Notes: generated by a model not told the origin, from the sequence alone. Counted from the stretch's first letter, positions 43,337 to 53,177 are shown. The stretch is 64,000 nucleotides of DNA from Vicinamibacterales bacterium (GCA_965216615.1 CBDCGH010000014.1:24369-88368), one strand, 5' to 3'. Program-made: numbers and translations.

Positions 43337-45043
43337 ATGAAGAGTCGAGTAACGGTCTCAGCAGTGTGTGCGTGTGTCGTCGCGGTTTCGCTACTGTCGG
43401 CCCAGAACCGGGTCGACCCCTATCGACCGGTGACCGATGCGATGCTCCAGAACCCTGAGCCGTCGGAGTGGCTCAACTGGCGGCGCACGCTGGATGGGTG
43501 GGGCTACAGCCCGCTGGACCAGATCACGCGGGACAACGTGGGCGAGTTGCGCCTTGCGTGGAGCTGGGCCCTGGCCGAAGGCGCCCAGCAAACGACCCCA
43601 ATCGTGCACGACGGCGTCATGTTCATCGCGAATCCCGGTGCGATTGTGCAGGCACTGAACGCGGCGACCGGTGACCTCATTTGGGAGTACCGTCGGGCCA
43701 ACCTTGCGGAGCACCGAAATCTGGGCAGCGTCATCTCGGGCCGGGTGCATCGCAGTATCGCCATCTATGGCAACACGATCATTCTGAATACCCCCGATGG
43801 GTGGATCGTGGGAATCGACGCGCGCACGGGTGAAGAAGCCTGGGAAGCCGACGTTGGCGCATCTGGCGGATATCAGTTCTCGAGCGGCTCGATCGTCGCA
43901 GACGGAACGGTGGTGGCCGGCATGGCAGGCTGCAGCATCTATCGCGATGACACGTGCTACATCGTCGGGCTCGATGCGGAGACTGGTCGGGAGAAGTGGC
44001 GGACCTCAACGGTCGCGCGACCGGGCGAGCCTGGCGGCGACACCTGGGGCGATCTACCCGTGATGTTCCGTGCCGGGAGCGACGCCTGGATTCCGGGAAG
44101 CTACGACCCGTGGAGTCGGACCATCTTCATCGGCACCTCGCAAGCCAAGCCGTGGCATCGGCAGGCACGTGGCACCGACGGTGATGCGCTCTACACCAAT
44201 TCGACGCTCGCCCTCGATCCCGACACGGGAGAGCTCAAGTGGTACTACCAGCATCTCCCGGCCGAGACACACGATATGGACGAGACGTTCGAGCGGATCG
44301 TGATCGACGTCGACGGCCGGCCGTCGGTGTTTAGTATGGGGAAGATCGGCGTCCTTTGGCAGCTCGACTTGGCAACCGGCGCGTTTCAGGCCGCCCACGA
44401 CCTCGGGTACCAGACGTTGCTCGATATCGATCCGGCCTCCGGGGCGATTGCCTATCGCGAGGGGATGCTCAAAGACCTTGGTGAAGAGATCTTCTGGTGC
44501 CCGACCACGTCGGGCTTCAAGAGCTGGCGGGCGATGGCGTACCACCCGGACACGGAAGCGCTATACATTCCGATCATTCTGAATTGTGAGACCGCAACGT
44601 TCGGTCCGGTGGAGAAAGTGGTGGGCGGCGGCGGAACGGGACCGGTGCGTCGAACGAACCATTTCCATCCGAAGAGTCCCGACCACCTTGGAGAGTTCGC
44701 CGCCATGAACATCCGGACCGGCAAGGTGTTATGGAGCCATCGCTACCGGACCCCGATCAACAGCGCTGCGCTGACGACGGGGGGAGGGCTCGTGTTCGCA
44801 GGCGACTGGGATCGCCACATGCGTGCCTACGACGTGAGGGACGGCGAGGTGCTCTGGGAGACACGCCTCCCGCAATCAATCCAAGGATTCCCCATCACTT
44901 ACGCCGTAGATGGAACGCAGTACGTGGTCGTGCCGACGGGGACTGGTAGCGCGAGTTGGGGCACGATGCCAGCCGTGCTCACTCCGGAGAAGCATCGTCC
45001 TACGGGTGGGAACGGGATCTTCGTGTTCAAGGTGCCGTCGTAA
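43337..45043 (+). CDS. PQQ-dependent dehydrogenase (methanol/ethanol-family-like 8-bladed propeller), exported
   Basis: Signal peptide, then the N-terminal signature DAMLQNPEPSEWLNWRRTLDGWGYSPLDQITRDNVGELRLAWSW...TTPIVHDGVMF...ALNAATGDLIWEY. Confidence 0.8.
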   Translation: MKSRVTVSAVCACVVAVSLLSAQNRVDPYRPVTDAMLQNPEPSEWLNWRRTLDGWGYSPLDQITRDNVGELRLAWSWALAEGAQQTTPIVHDGVMFIANPGAIVQALNAATGDLIWEYRRANLAEHRNLGSVISGRVHRSIAIYGNTIILNTPDGWIVGIDARTGEEAWEADVGASGGYQFSSGSIVADGTVVAGMAGCSIYRDDTCYIVGLDAETGREKWRTSTVARPGEPGGDTWGDLPVMFRAGSDAWIPGSYDPWSRTIFIGTSQAKPWHRQARGTDGDALYTNSTLALDPDTGELKWYYQHLPAETHDMDETFERIVIDVDGRPSVFSMGKIGVLWQLDLATGAFQAAHDLGYQTLLDIDPASGAIAYREGMLKDLGEEIFWCPTTSGFKSWRAMAYHPDTEALYIPIILNCETATFGPVEKVVGGGGTGPVRRTNHFHPKSPDHLGEFAAMNIRTGKVLWSHRYRTPINSAALTTGGGLVFAGDWDRHMRAYDVRDGEVLWETRLPQSIQGFPITYAVDGTQYVVVPTGTGSASWGTMPAVLTPEKHRPTGGNGIFVFKVPS

Positions 45044-45935
45044 GCTCGTCAAAAAGCGCCTGCACGGCGGCCGGGCGGAACGGCCAGTTCAGGTCGTCGA
45101 TCTCCAGTTGGTCTGCGATTGCCTCGCGCGTGACCCCTGACTCGATTAGGTTGTGCATCCGGTCGAGGAGCGTCTGAAAGCGATGGCGGAAGGCGCGGAC
45201 ATCGCTCTTGGTCATGATCGCGCCGTGGCCGGGAATGACCGTGTCGAAGTCGAGCTCGAGCACGCGATCAAGCGTATCGACCCACTCCGAGCCGTCCCCG
45301 CCGTTTCCGTAGTCGATGAAGGGCGACAGCGTCGTGCCATCGAGACGCTCACCGAAGATGAAAAGGTCGCCGGTGTGGACCGTCTTGAGGTCTGAGAAGT
45401 AAATCACGGAGTCACCGTTCGTGTGACCACGGCCCACATGGTGAGCCTGCACTTCTACACCCCCAAGAAACACCGACGTGTGATTAGCAAAAACGACTTC
45501 CGCCGGGCCTGCAAGCTCGTTGCGGACCGTGTTCTTTCTGGCGTTCTGATGAGCGATGACGGTGGCCTCTGCCATGAAGTCGGCGTTGCTTCCCGCGTGG
45601 TCGGAATGGTGATGGGTGTTGAGGACGTATCGGATCGGCTGCGAGGTCACCTTCGCCACCTGGCGGTTCACCTCGGCATGGCTGTACTCGTACTTGTCGT
45701 CGACGATGAGCACGCCGTCACTCGTGACCCGGACGGCGACGTTACCGCCAGACATCGCGCCATCAAATCCGGGGATGACGTACAGACCCTCCTTGGATGC
45801 GACTGGCTGAATCTGCAGCCGCGCCATTTGCTCGGGGGTCAGGTCAGGCGGCTGCGCCTGACCGCCAGCCACCCGGATCGCGGCTACTCCGAGCACAATC
45901 GCCGACAGGACGGCGATAATCTTGATCTCGCGCAT
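45027..45935 (-). CDS. exported MBL-fold metallo-hydrolase
   Basis: Signal peptide and the HHHSDH (HxHxDH) motif. Its 3' end overlaps the convergent PQQ gene by 17 nt. Confidence 0.8.
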   Translation of the reverse strand: MREIKIIAVLSAIVLGVAAIRVAGGQAQPPDLTPEQMARLQIQPVASKEGLYVIPGFDGAMSGGNVAVRVTSDGVLIVDDKYEYSHAEVNRQVAKVTSQPIRYVLNTHHHSDHAGSNADFMAEATVIAHQNARKNTVRNELAGPAEVVFANHTSVFLGGVEVQAHHVGRGHTNGDSVIYFSDLKTVHTGDLFIFGERLDGTTLSPFIDYGNGGDGSEWVDTLDRVLELDFDTVIPGHGAIMTKSDVRAFRHRFQTLLDRMHNLIESGVTREAIADQLEIDDLNWPFRPAAVQALFDELTTAP

Positions 45936-45943
45936 GGGTGTGC

Positions 45944-47017
45944 CTAGTTCGGGATGACCGCGACACCCCAGGGACGCTCCCCGACGGACACGGTAGCCTC
46001 GACCGCCATGGTCTCGGTATTGACGACCGACACGTCGTTGGATGGACCGTTCGCAGCGTAGAGATAGCGGCCGTCCGGGCTGAGCGCGATACCCCAGGGG
46101 CGCTCACCGACCGTCGCCGTTGCGCGGACGCCACCGCGGAGCGCATCCATGGCGACGATGGTACGACCGCGTCCGGTCGAGATGTACACAGTGGCGCCGT
46201 CGGGGGAGACGGCCACGCCCATTGGACGCGACGGGTCGCCAGGCACCTCTACGGTGGCGATCACCGTGTGGGACGAGGTATCGACGATCGACACGGTTCC
46301 GGCGTTCTCGGACGTCACGAACGCGCGACTGCTGTCCGGCGAGAACGCCGATGCTCGTGGCCGCGCACCGACCTCGAACTGTTCGACGACCTCGTTCGAC
46401 GCGGTGTCGATGACCGAGACCTGGTTCTCGTCCTCCGACGTGACGTAGACGAAGCGGCCGTCTGGGCTGGTCGTCATGCCTTCGGGCTCGCCTCCCACCG
46501 ACAGGCTGGCCAGAATCTCCGTTGACTCGATGTCGATGACGCTGGCTGTCGCGGCATCCTCGTTCGCGACGTAGACCAAGGTGCCATCACCGCTAAGCGC
46601 CACTTGCTCCGGATCGGTTCCGCCCTTGAGCACCCTGAGCACCTCGCGACTCGCCACATCGACGATGCCGACACCGTCGGCGTCCCGATCGGGTGGCGGG
46701 AGCGTTGACTCGTCAGTTCCGGGAGGCGCGGGCGATGATCCGCTGAGCGCCACGAACAACAGACTACCGTCAGGGCTCGCCTTGATGCCGCGCGGCCGTT
46801 TGCCGAGAGGCACGGTCGCGACGACCTCGTGTGTGCCGCCGGCAATCACCGTGAGGTTACCGGAGGTTTCGTTGGTGACATACACGTAGTACGGCGGCGG
46901 TGGAGCCTCGGGCTCGACGGCAGCCGGCTCAGGCGGCGGGGGAGGAGGCTCGCCGCCGCACGCGGCAGCCAAGGCCACGATGACGGGAAGAATCAAAAGA
47001 GCGACACGTTTAGGCAT
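45944..47017 (-). CDS. YVTN-family beta-propeller repeat lipoprotein
   Basis: MPKRVALLILPVIVALAAACGG contains a lipobox. Repeats include YVTNETSGNLTVI, YVANEDAATASVIDI, YVTSEDENQVSVIDT and FVTSENAGTVSIVDT. Confidence 0.75.
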   Translation of the reverse strand: MPKRVALLILPVIVALAAACGGEPPPPPPEPAAVEPEAPPPPYYVYVTNETSGNLTVIAGGTHEVVATVPLGKRPRGIKASPDGSLLFVALSGSSPAPPGTDESTLPPPDRDADGVGIVDVASREVLRVLKGGTDPEQVALSGDGTLVYVANEDAATASVIDIESTEILASLSVGGEPEGMTTSPDGRFVYVTSEDENQVSVIDTASNEVVEQFEVGARPRASAFSPDSSRAFVTSENAGTVSIVDTSSHTVIATVEVPGDPSRPMGVAVSPDGATVYISTGRGRTIVAMDALRGGVRATATVGERPWGIALSPDGRYLYAANGPSNDVSVVNTETMAVEATVSVGERPWGVAVIPN

Positions 47018-47019
47018 AT

Positions 47020-49146
47020 TTAAGGTTCTACGAAGACTTGGCCCATGGCCCATGGATGATCTTCACAATGGTAGGTGTAGGTGCCAGGCTCGTCAAAGGG
47101 CACATAGCCAGACTGCGCCATCTTCAGCTGTCCGGCGGCCCAACTGCCGTCGACGGCGGTAATGGTATGGGTCAACCGGCCGCTGTTTGTGAACGTAACC
47201 GTCGTTCCGGCCGCGACTCGAATCTGTGACGGGTTGAACGCGTGCTCATCGACCGCATATCGCAGCCCAACGCCGCGTTCGGCACTCTGCACAAGTGTGG
47301 TGGTTTGCACCTGGTTGGTCTCACGACCCGTGGCGCGACGGCCGGTTGGCGGTGGCATGGCGTCGCGCTCGGGCTCGGTGCCGCCCAGTTTGAAAGCCCA
47401 GAGTTCCGGTCCCATGGCTACGGCGACATACTGCTCTCCGTTGACGGCGTAGGTCGCTGCGGGTCCGCGTGAACTCCGGACCCCGGTCTGAAACTGCCAC
47501 ACGCGCTCGCCCGAGGCTGCGTCGTAGGCCTCGAAGTGGCCATCCCCAGAACCGCGAAACATCAGCCCACCCGCGGTCGTGAGCGCACCGCTCGTACCGA
47601 GCACGCCAATTGGCACTTCGTGCCGCCAAACGATGCGATTGGTTCGGGAGTCAATGGCGGTGACGACACCAATCGGCGGCGGGATCGTCGAGTAGGTGCG
47701 TGCACCGCCGCGGAACCAAGGGTCGTCGGTAATGCGGCGGGCGCGTCCGATATGGGCGCGTCCCTGGGCGTAGAGATAGCCCGTCTGGGGACTGTAGGAC
47801 ATCGCGGCGACGCGGACCTGCGGAATCGGCGCCCCAGGAGCCACGACGTCGTGTCGGTCGACGTACGGAGGCGTAAAGCTGCTACAGCTAAGCACCCAAG
47901 GCTCGGGGATCTTGTCACGCCACCACTCGCAATCAGGGACGACCGAGTCACCGACGGGGAAGGGTTGGGTCGGAGCCGTGTTGTTGAACGGGTCCTGCGG
48001 CACCGGGCGCTCCTCGATCGGATGGATCGGCTCGCCGGTGGCCCGATCGAGCATGAAGATAAAACCGTCGGCGCGCAGGGCGGCCAGCGCTTTTCGAGTG
48101 CCGTTCGGGGTTTGGGCGTCGTACAGCAGCGGCGAAATGGCGATGTCGGCATCCCATAGATCGTGTCGAACCACCTGATAATGCCAGCGAAGCCCGCCCG
48201 TTCGCATGTCGAAGGCGAGGATCGACGCGGTGTACAGATTGTCGCCCTTTCGGGCCTCGCCCCCGAACATCGGCACGGCATTGCCTGTGACGAAGTAGAC
48301 GAGACCCAGTTCAGGATCGACGTTTCCGATGTGCCACACACCGGCGCCGCCTTGGGCCCAGACATCCCTGAACTCGCCTTCCTGGGGCCAGGTCTCGTGC
48401 CCGGGCTCTCCGGGTTCGGGAATCGTCCAGAAGTCCCAGAGCACGTCTCCAGTCTCGGCGTCGAGCGCGACCACCTTCCCGCGAAACGCCCAGTCGCCGT
48501 TGGCGAGACCCGTGAAGACGACACCGTTCGCGTAAATGGGCGCCCCTGAGACGGCCTGGCCGGTCTTGGGTGGCGTGAATCCGATCTGGGTCGTCCAGAG
48601 AAAGGCTCCGGTCTCTTGACTCACGCCCGCAACCCGGCCGTCCATCAGGCCGACGAAGACCTTGCCGCCCCCGAGTGCGACCCCCGGCGGTGACGGAATG
48701 GCTCGTCCGGCGTTCAGGATGTCACCGACACCGGCGGAATCGAGGTCAGCCGGGGCGTCCTGGTCAGGCCTGATCGTCCAGATGGCTTCGCCCGTGGCCG
48801 CATCAATCGCGTACAGGCGAGTGCCCGCACCGATGTACAGGATGCCGTCCTTGACGACGGGCGTGGCCCTCGTGCTGGCCCCTCCCTCGAATGGGAGACG
48901 CCAGACCGCACCCAAGTCGGCCACCGTCTCAGTGTTGATCTGGTCGAGCGTGGAGTACCGAGAATTCGCCCAGTCGCCGCCGATGAAGGGCCAGTCCTCG
49001 GCAGCGAACGTGGCGCCGTCGAGCGCCTCGTTCTGCACCGCCACCGCGACGGGCAGGCCGACGACAAGCGATAGGACCAGCGCGCCCCGCCACACTCTTC
49101 CGCCACGGAAGGCGCGCCGGCGCAGCTGACCAGGTCTAGCGAGCAA
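47020..49146 (-). CDS. PQQ-dependent dehydrogenase (glucose/quinate-family-like) fused to a C-terminal cupredoxin domain
   Basis: Propeller motifs include GDNLYTASILAFDMRTGGLRWHYQVVRHDLWDAD. The C-terminus has ..THTITAVDG..YTYHCEDHPWAM (a His...Cys-x2-His-x3-Met type-1 Cu pattern). The start is uncertain (TTG 49146 or GTG 49095). The track ORF start at 49482 lies inside the upstream gene. Confidence 0.75.
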   Translation of the reverse strand: MLARPGQLRRRAFRGGRVWRGALVLSLVVGLPVAVAVQNEALDGATFAAEDWPFIGGDWANSRYSTLDQINTETVADLGAVWRLPFEGGASTRATPVVKDGILYIGAGTRLYAIDAATGEAIWTIRPDQDAPADLDSAGVGDILNAGRAIPSPPGVALGGGKVFVGLMDGRVAGVSQETGAFLWTTQIGFTPPKTGQAVSGAPIYANGVVFTGLANGDWAFRGKVVALDAETGDVLWDFWTIPEPGEPGHETWPQEGEFRDVWAQGGAGVWHIGNVDPELGLVYFVTGNAVPMFGGEARKGDNLYTASILAFDMRTGGLRWHYQVVRHDLWDADIAISPLLYDAQTPNGTRKALAALRADGFIFMLDRATGEPIHPIEERPVPQDPFNNTAPTQPFPVGDSVVPDCEWWRDKIPEPWVLSCSSFTPPYVDRHDVVAPGAPIPQVRVAAMSYSPQTGYLYAQGRAHIGRARRITDDPWFRGGARTYSTIPPPIGVVTAIDSRTNRIVWRHEVPIGVLGTSGALTTAGGLMFRGSGDGHFEAYDAASGERVWQFQTGVRSSRGPAATYAVNGEQYVAVAMGPELWAFKLGGTEPERDAMPPPTGRRATGRETNQVQTTTLVQSAERGVGLRYAVDEHAFNPSQIRVAAGTTVTFTNSGRLTHTITAVDGSWAAGQLKMAQSGYVPFDEPGTYTYHCEDHPWAMGQVFVEP

Positions 49147-51358
49147 GCGGATCCGGGCGCAGCTGGAAGTGCACGATCTTGCTCTTCGTGCCTTTCCCGC
49201 CTTCCGTGTGCCAGATGTAGTTCGCACCGTAGTTGGCCCACAACCCGCGACCCTTCCATCCCGTATTTGGGTCGTCGATTCGACCGTCCAGACCGCGGGA
49301 GTAGAATGCCATCGGATACGGAACCCGGAGGACGACCCACTCCTTTGTCTTCGGGTCGAGGGCGAGCAGCGAGTCTGACGTCGAGCCGTTGGCGATCGGG
49401 ATGTTCGCACCCATCCCAAGGGTGTTGTATTGGTCGACCCAGCTGTAGTAGTGGAAATCGGCACCGACCGGCTCGTCGACATTCCGCATGCGCGGACCGG
49501 GAACGGGGTGCAGGGTCCAGCCCTCCGGGCAGTGCTGCCCGGTCGCAGTGGGACCGCTCTTCACCGAGCACTTGCTCCGGTCGAAGCTCGCCAGATGGCT
49601 GCTGCCAGACAGGGCGGCCCAGATGATGCCGTTACGATCGACATCGATGCCGCGCGGCGCGAAGCCCGTCTTCATCGGGTCGACGTTCGGGTTGTCGATC
49701 GAGGGTGGCTCGTAGACCTCCGCCATACACGTCTCGGGCGGGTTGTCACCGCGCGCTAACCGGACGAGACGGCCCGGGAAGGGCCCGGTTCTCGTGATCC
49801 AGATGGACTCGTCGATCGGGCTTGCGATGATGCCGTATCCGAAGCCGGCAATCCGGGTGTCGAGGCTCATGTCCGGTTCGCCGTCTTGTCCCGGCTCGTT
49901 CCACGGCTTAGTGATCGTGCCGTCGCCGTTGGTGTCGATGACGGTCGGGCACCAGCCCTGTGAGAACCGCTCGTCACCGGTCTCGTCGTAGACACGCGTG
50001 TTGAGCCAGCCGACCGCGTTGCTGTCACCGCTGAACCACAGTGTGTTGTCTGCGTCCTCACCGAACTGGAGATGGTGAGTGCCAAAGCAGGTGTCGATGA
50101 GCACGAAGCGCTGGCGTTCGGGATCCCAGTACGAGGCGTGCCGGCCGGTACGAGTTAACTCGAAATACTCCGCGTAGTCGTTGCCCGAGCCCTCCTTACA
50201 CCAGTCTGGGTTGGCGAACTGCCGCATCGTCGAGGTCATCCAGACACGGCCATCCTGGTCCATCATCGGGTTGTGGGGATCCGATCGCTCGTCGGGGTTG
50301 ATGCCCCACAGGAGCTCGTCACCCCAGTAGTAGGAGGGGTTGACTTGCGTCTGCGGGAATCGCGTCGGCATCGTTTCCGGGTCGGGTCGCACGGGAATGG
50401 TTACCTCAGTCGCCGCGTTGGCGACCGGGTCGACCCATGTGATCGTCCCGTGACCCGCGGATACGCCATAGACGGGCCCGTTCGCGTTGAGCGTCGGGTT
50501 CCGCTTGTCGGTCACGATCTCGTCGTGGATGAAGGAGGAGTCCTGCCCCCAATCCCACAGCGTCACGACGACGTTGCGTTCGCGTCCCGCGGGCCGCGGT
50601 GGCTGCTCAGGAATCTCGCCGGCCGCGATCCGGTCGGTCCAGTCAGCGAACATCTCGAGGCCGCGCTGTCGCCCGAATCGGCCCATGGCATTACTCATTT
50701 GATTGCCGCGCTGCCCAGTTGCGACCCGGTAGTCCCATGCGGCGACCGTCGAGTCGAACTCGTCGCGATGCTGCACGACCCGGGTCGCCTCGTTGCCCAG
50801 CTGGTGGCACAGCTGGCAATTCTGCTTCATGAGATCGATCCAGGCGTGCTGATTCCGAACGTTGGTCGAGATGCCGTTGCCTTCGTCGCCCGTACCCGGA
50901 AACTCGCTCTTGGCCGGAGGCTCGATGAGCGAGTACCAGTAGTTCCCCGGGTAGTACTGGGCCGCCGCCTGTGGGGTCGGCGCGATCACGGCTTCGAGCG
51001 CAACGCCTTCACGATCGGGTGACAACTTCACCTTCTCGGAGTCAACCAGACCATACCCCCTCACCCAGACGTCATAGGTCGCCCCGGGGAGCTGCGGAAG
51101 TACGAACTGCCCATCGTCATCGGTGACGACGATCTTGGCGAACTTCGTCTCGAGCTCCTCAGTTTCGGCGATAACCCACACGCCGGCCTCGGTCCCAGCG
51201 CTGCTGGTGACCACACCGCTGATGTACCCCTCGGGAAGCTCCGACTGCTGGGCGGAACTGGTCACCATCAAGGCAGCGATGACCGCGCTGAGGGCGACAC
51301 CCACGAGGGCCGGGCGCAGCAGCCTGCGAGCGTTTCGTGTGCGACTTACCGTACTCAT
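49136..51358 (-). CDS. exported CarboxypepD_reg-like domain + single CxxCH + beta-propeller-like protein, copy B
   Basis: The M at 51358 gives the signal MSTVSRTRNARRLLRPALVGVALSAVIAALMVTSSAQQ. It has GYISGVVTSSAGTEAGVWVIAE and CQLCH, and aligns with copy A along its whole length. Confidence 0.65.
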   Translation of the reverse strand: MSTVSRTRNARRLLRPALVGVALSAVIAALMVTSSAQQSELPEGYISGVVTSSAGTEAGVWVIAETEELETKFAKIVVTDDDGQFVLPQLPGATYDVWVRGYGLVDSEKVKLSPDREGVALEAVIAPTPQAAAQYYPGNYWYSLIEPPAKSEFPGTGDEGNGISTNVRNQHAWIDLMKQNCQLCHQLGNEATRVVQHRDEFDSTVAAWDYRVATGQRGNQMSNAMGRFGRQRGLEMFADWTDRIAAGEIPEQPPRPAGRERNVVVTLWDWGQDSSFIHDEIVTDKRNPTLNANGPVYGVSAGHGTITWVDPVANAATEVTIPVRPDPETMPTRFPQTQVNPSYYWGDELLWGINPDERSDPHNPMMDQDGRVWMTSTMRQFANPDWCKEGSGNDYAEYFELTRTGRHASYWDPERQRFVLIDTCFGTHHLQFGEDADNTLWFSGDSNAVGWLNTRVYDETGDERFSQGWCPTVIDTNGDGTITKPWNEPGQDGEPDMSLDTRIAGFGYGIIASPIDESIWITRTGPFPGRLVRLARGDNPPETCMAEVYEPPSIDNPNVDPMKTGFAPRGIDVDRNGIIWAALSGSSHLASFDRSKCSVKSGPTATGQHCPEGWTLHPVPGPRMRNVDEPVGADFHYYSWVDQYNTLGMGANIPIANGSTSDSLLALDPKTKEWVVLRVPYPMAFYSRGLDGRIDDPNTGWKGRGLWANYGANYIWHTEGGKGTKSKIVHFQLRPDPLAR

Positions 51359-51497
51359 GACGTCTTGTCTCCTTTTTGCGTGGGCCCCGTCGATACTGAC
51401 TACTGCTTCGACGAGGAATCTTACGATGTCCGCGGCCCAAACGGCTAGAAAAAGCTCGGCGAGCGCCAGAGACATCTCCAGCTCTGGGGCACGGATT

Positions 51498-53177
51498 CTA
51501 CCTGCGTGTCAACGGTTCAGGCTCTGGCCGGCCGGATTGAGCCTCGCCGGCGAGCTCGGGTTGCTCCGCGAGCGCGATTTCGCGCATTCGGTACTTCTGA
51601 ATCTTGCCGGTCACGGTCATCGGAAAACTGTCGACAAACTTCCAGTACCGAGGAATCTTGAAGGTCGCAATCTGACCTCGGCAGAATGCCGTCAACCCGT
51701 CCGCCCGTAGCCTTGCTCCGTCCTTCGGCTTGATCCAGGCCATGACTTCCTCGCCGTAGGTCTTCGAGGGCACGCCAATCACCTGCGCGTCTTCGACATC
51801 CGGATGGGTGTAGAGGAATTCCTCCACCTCCCGCGGATACACGTTCTCGCCGCCCCGAATGATCATGTCCTTGTTGCGGCCCACAATCGCGACGTAGCCC
51901 GCGTCGTCCATGATGGCGAGATCGCCGGTGTGCATCCATCGAGCTGAATCGATGGCGCCGGCGGTTGCGGCGGGGTTGTTCCAGTAGCCCTGCATGACGA
52001 GGTATCCGCGGGTGCACAGCTCGCCAGTCACACCGCGGGGAACAACCTGACCTGTCACGGGATCGATGACCTTGACCTCAACGTGGGGATGGACGCGGCC
52101 GACGCTCGACACCCGCTGCTCGATCGGATCGTCTACCCGCGTCTGGGTTGAAACAGGCGAGGTTTCGGTCATGCCGTAGCAGATCGTGACCTCCTGTATG
52201 TTCATGCGCTCTCTGACCTGCCGCATGACCTCGATGGGGCAGGGCGATCCGGCCATGACGCCGGTACGCAGACTCGAGAAATCGGTTGCAGCCAAGCGCG
52301 GATGGTTGAGCTGGCCGATGAACATCGTCGGCACGCCATAGAGCGATGTGCATCGTTCCGCTTCGATGCTGACGAGCGTGTCCTCCGGATCGAAGGCTTC
52401 GCCCGGCACGACGATACAGGCGCCGTGACTCGTGCACGCAAGGTTGCCGATTACCATGCCGAAGCAGTGATAGAACGGGACGGGTATACAGACCCGGTCG
52501 ATTTCGGAGTAGCCCAGGATCTCGCCGCAGAAGAAGCCGTTGTTCAGAATGTTGTGGTGGGTGAGGGTCGCCCCCTTCGGGGCGCCGGTCGTTCCGGACG
52601 TGTACTGGATGTTGATCGGATCGTCAAAGCTCAAATCAGCTTCGCGTTTACGTAGGGTGGCGTCGTCGACGCGAGACGCTTCTCGGAGCAGGGCGTGCCA
52701 GTCATCACTACCGTCATCGTCGTCGATGACCAGCGCCTCATCGAGCGCTGGACACGAGCTCCGAACCTCACGAAGAAGCGCGCCGTAGTCGGTCTGACGG
52801 AAGCCTCGGGAATGGAGCAGCAGACGAGTCTCTGACTGGTTTAACGCGTGGGCGAGCTCTCGAGCCTTATAGGCCGGATTGACGTTGACGAGGATCGCCC
52901 CGATTCGGGCCGTCGCGTACTGAATGATTACCCATTCGTAGCGGTTCGGCGCCCAGACACCCACGCGGTCGCCTTTCTGAATCCCGCGCGCCACGAGGGC
53001 CTTGGCGAGCGCGGTGGTTGTGTCCCACAGCTGTTGATACGACGCGCGGTAGCGTTGCGATCGCACGACGAGCGCCTCGCGCGCGGGCACTCGCTCGGCA
53101 GTTCGCCGCAGATTCTCGCCGATGGTCTCGCCCAGCAGCGGGATGTCGGTGGCGCCGTGGGCATAGGATGACAGCAT
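51498..53177 (-). CDS. AMP-dependent acyl-CoA synthetase/ligase
   Basis: AMP-binding motifs [17 protein letters not shown]-like (CYGMTETSP), TGDLAIMD and a C-terminal ...GKIQK. Confidence 0.85.
   Translation of the reverse strand: MLSSYAHGATDIPLLGETIGENLRRTAERVPAREALVVRSQRYRASYQQLWDTTTALAKALVARGIQKGDRVGVWAPNRYEWVIIQYATARIGAILVNVNPAYKARELAHALNQSETRLLLHSRGFRQTDYGALLREVRSSCPALDEALVIDDDDGSDDWHALLREASRVDDATLRKREADLSFDDPINIQYTSGTTGAPKGATLTHHNILNNGFFCGEILGYSEIDRVCIPVPFYHCFGMVIGNLACTSHGACIVVPGEAFDPEDTLVSIEAERCTSLYGVPTMFIGQLNHPRLAATDFSSLRTGVMAGSPCPIEVMRQVRERMNIQEVTICYGMTETSPVSTQTRVDDPIEQRVSSVGRVHPHVEVKVIDPVTGQVVPRGVTGELCTRGYLVMQGYWNNPAATAGAIDSARWMHTGDLAIMDDAGYVAIVGRNKDMIIRGGENVYPREVEEFLYTHPDVEDAQVIGVPSKTYGEEVMAWIKPKDGARLRADGLTAFCRGQIATFKIPRYWKFVDSFPMTVTGKIQKYRMREIALAEQPELAGEAQSGRPEPEPLTRR

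Noticed and set aside
48145-48165. HDLWDAD (Asp two residues after the catalytic Asp) as a lanthanide-dependent XoxF/PedH-type signature
   Set aside because: The surrounding motif (GDNLY...L.A.D..TG..RWH.Q.V.HDLWD.D) matches the glucose/quinate/shikimate-type PQQ dehydrogenases. In that family D-x-D is the normal family pattern, so it is not evidence for lanthanide use.
49147-49482. N-terminal 112-residue extension of the PQQ-cupredoxin ORF (track ORF 47020-49482, 820 aa)
   Set aside because: The extension lies entirely inside the upstream gene (49136-51358) in another frame, is Ser/Thr/Arg-rich and has no homology. A TTG (49146) or GTG (49095) start gives a proper signal peptide.
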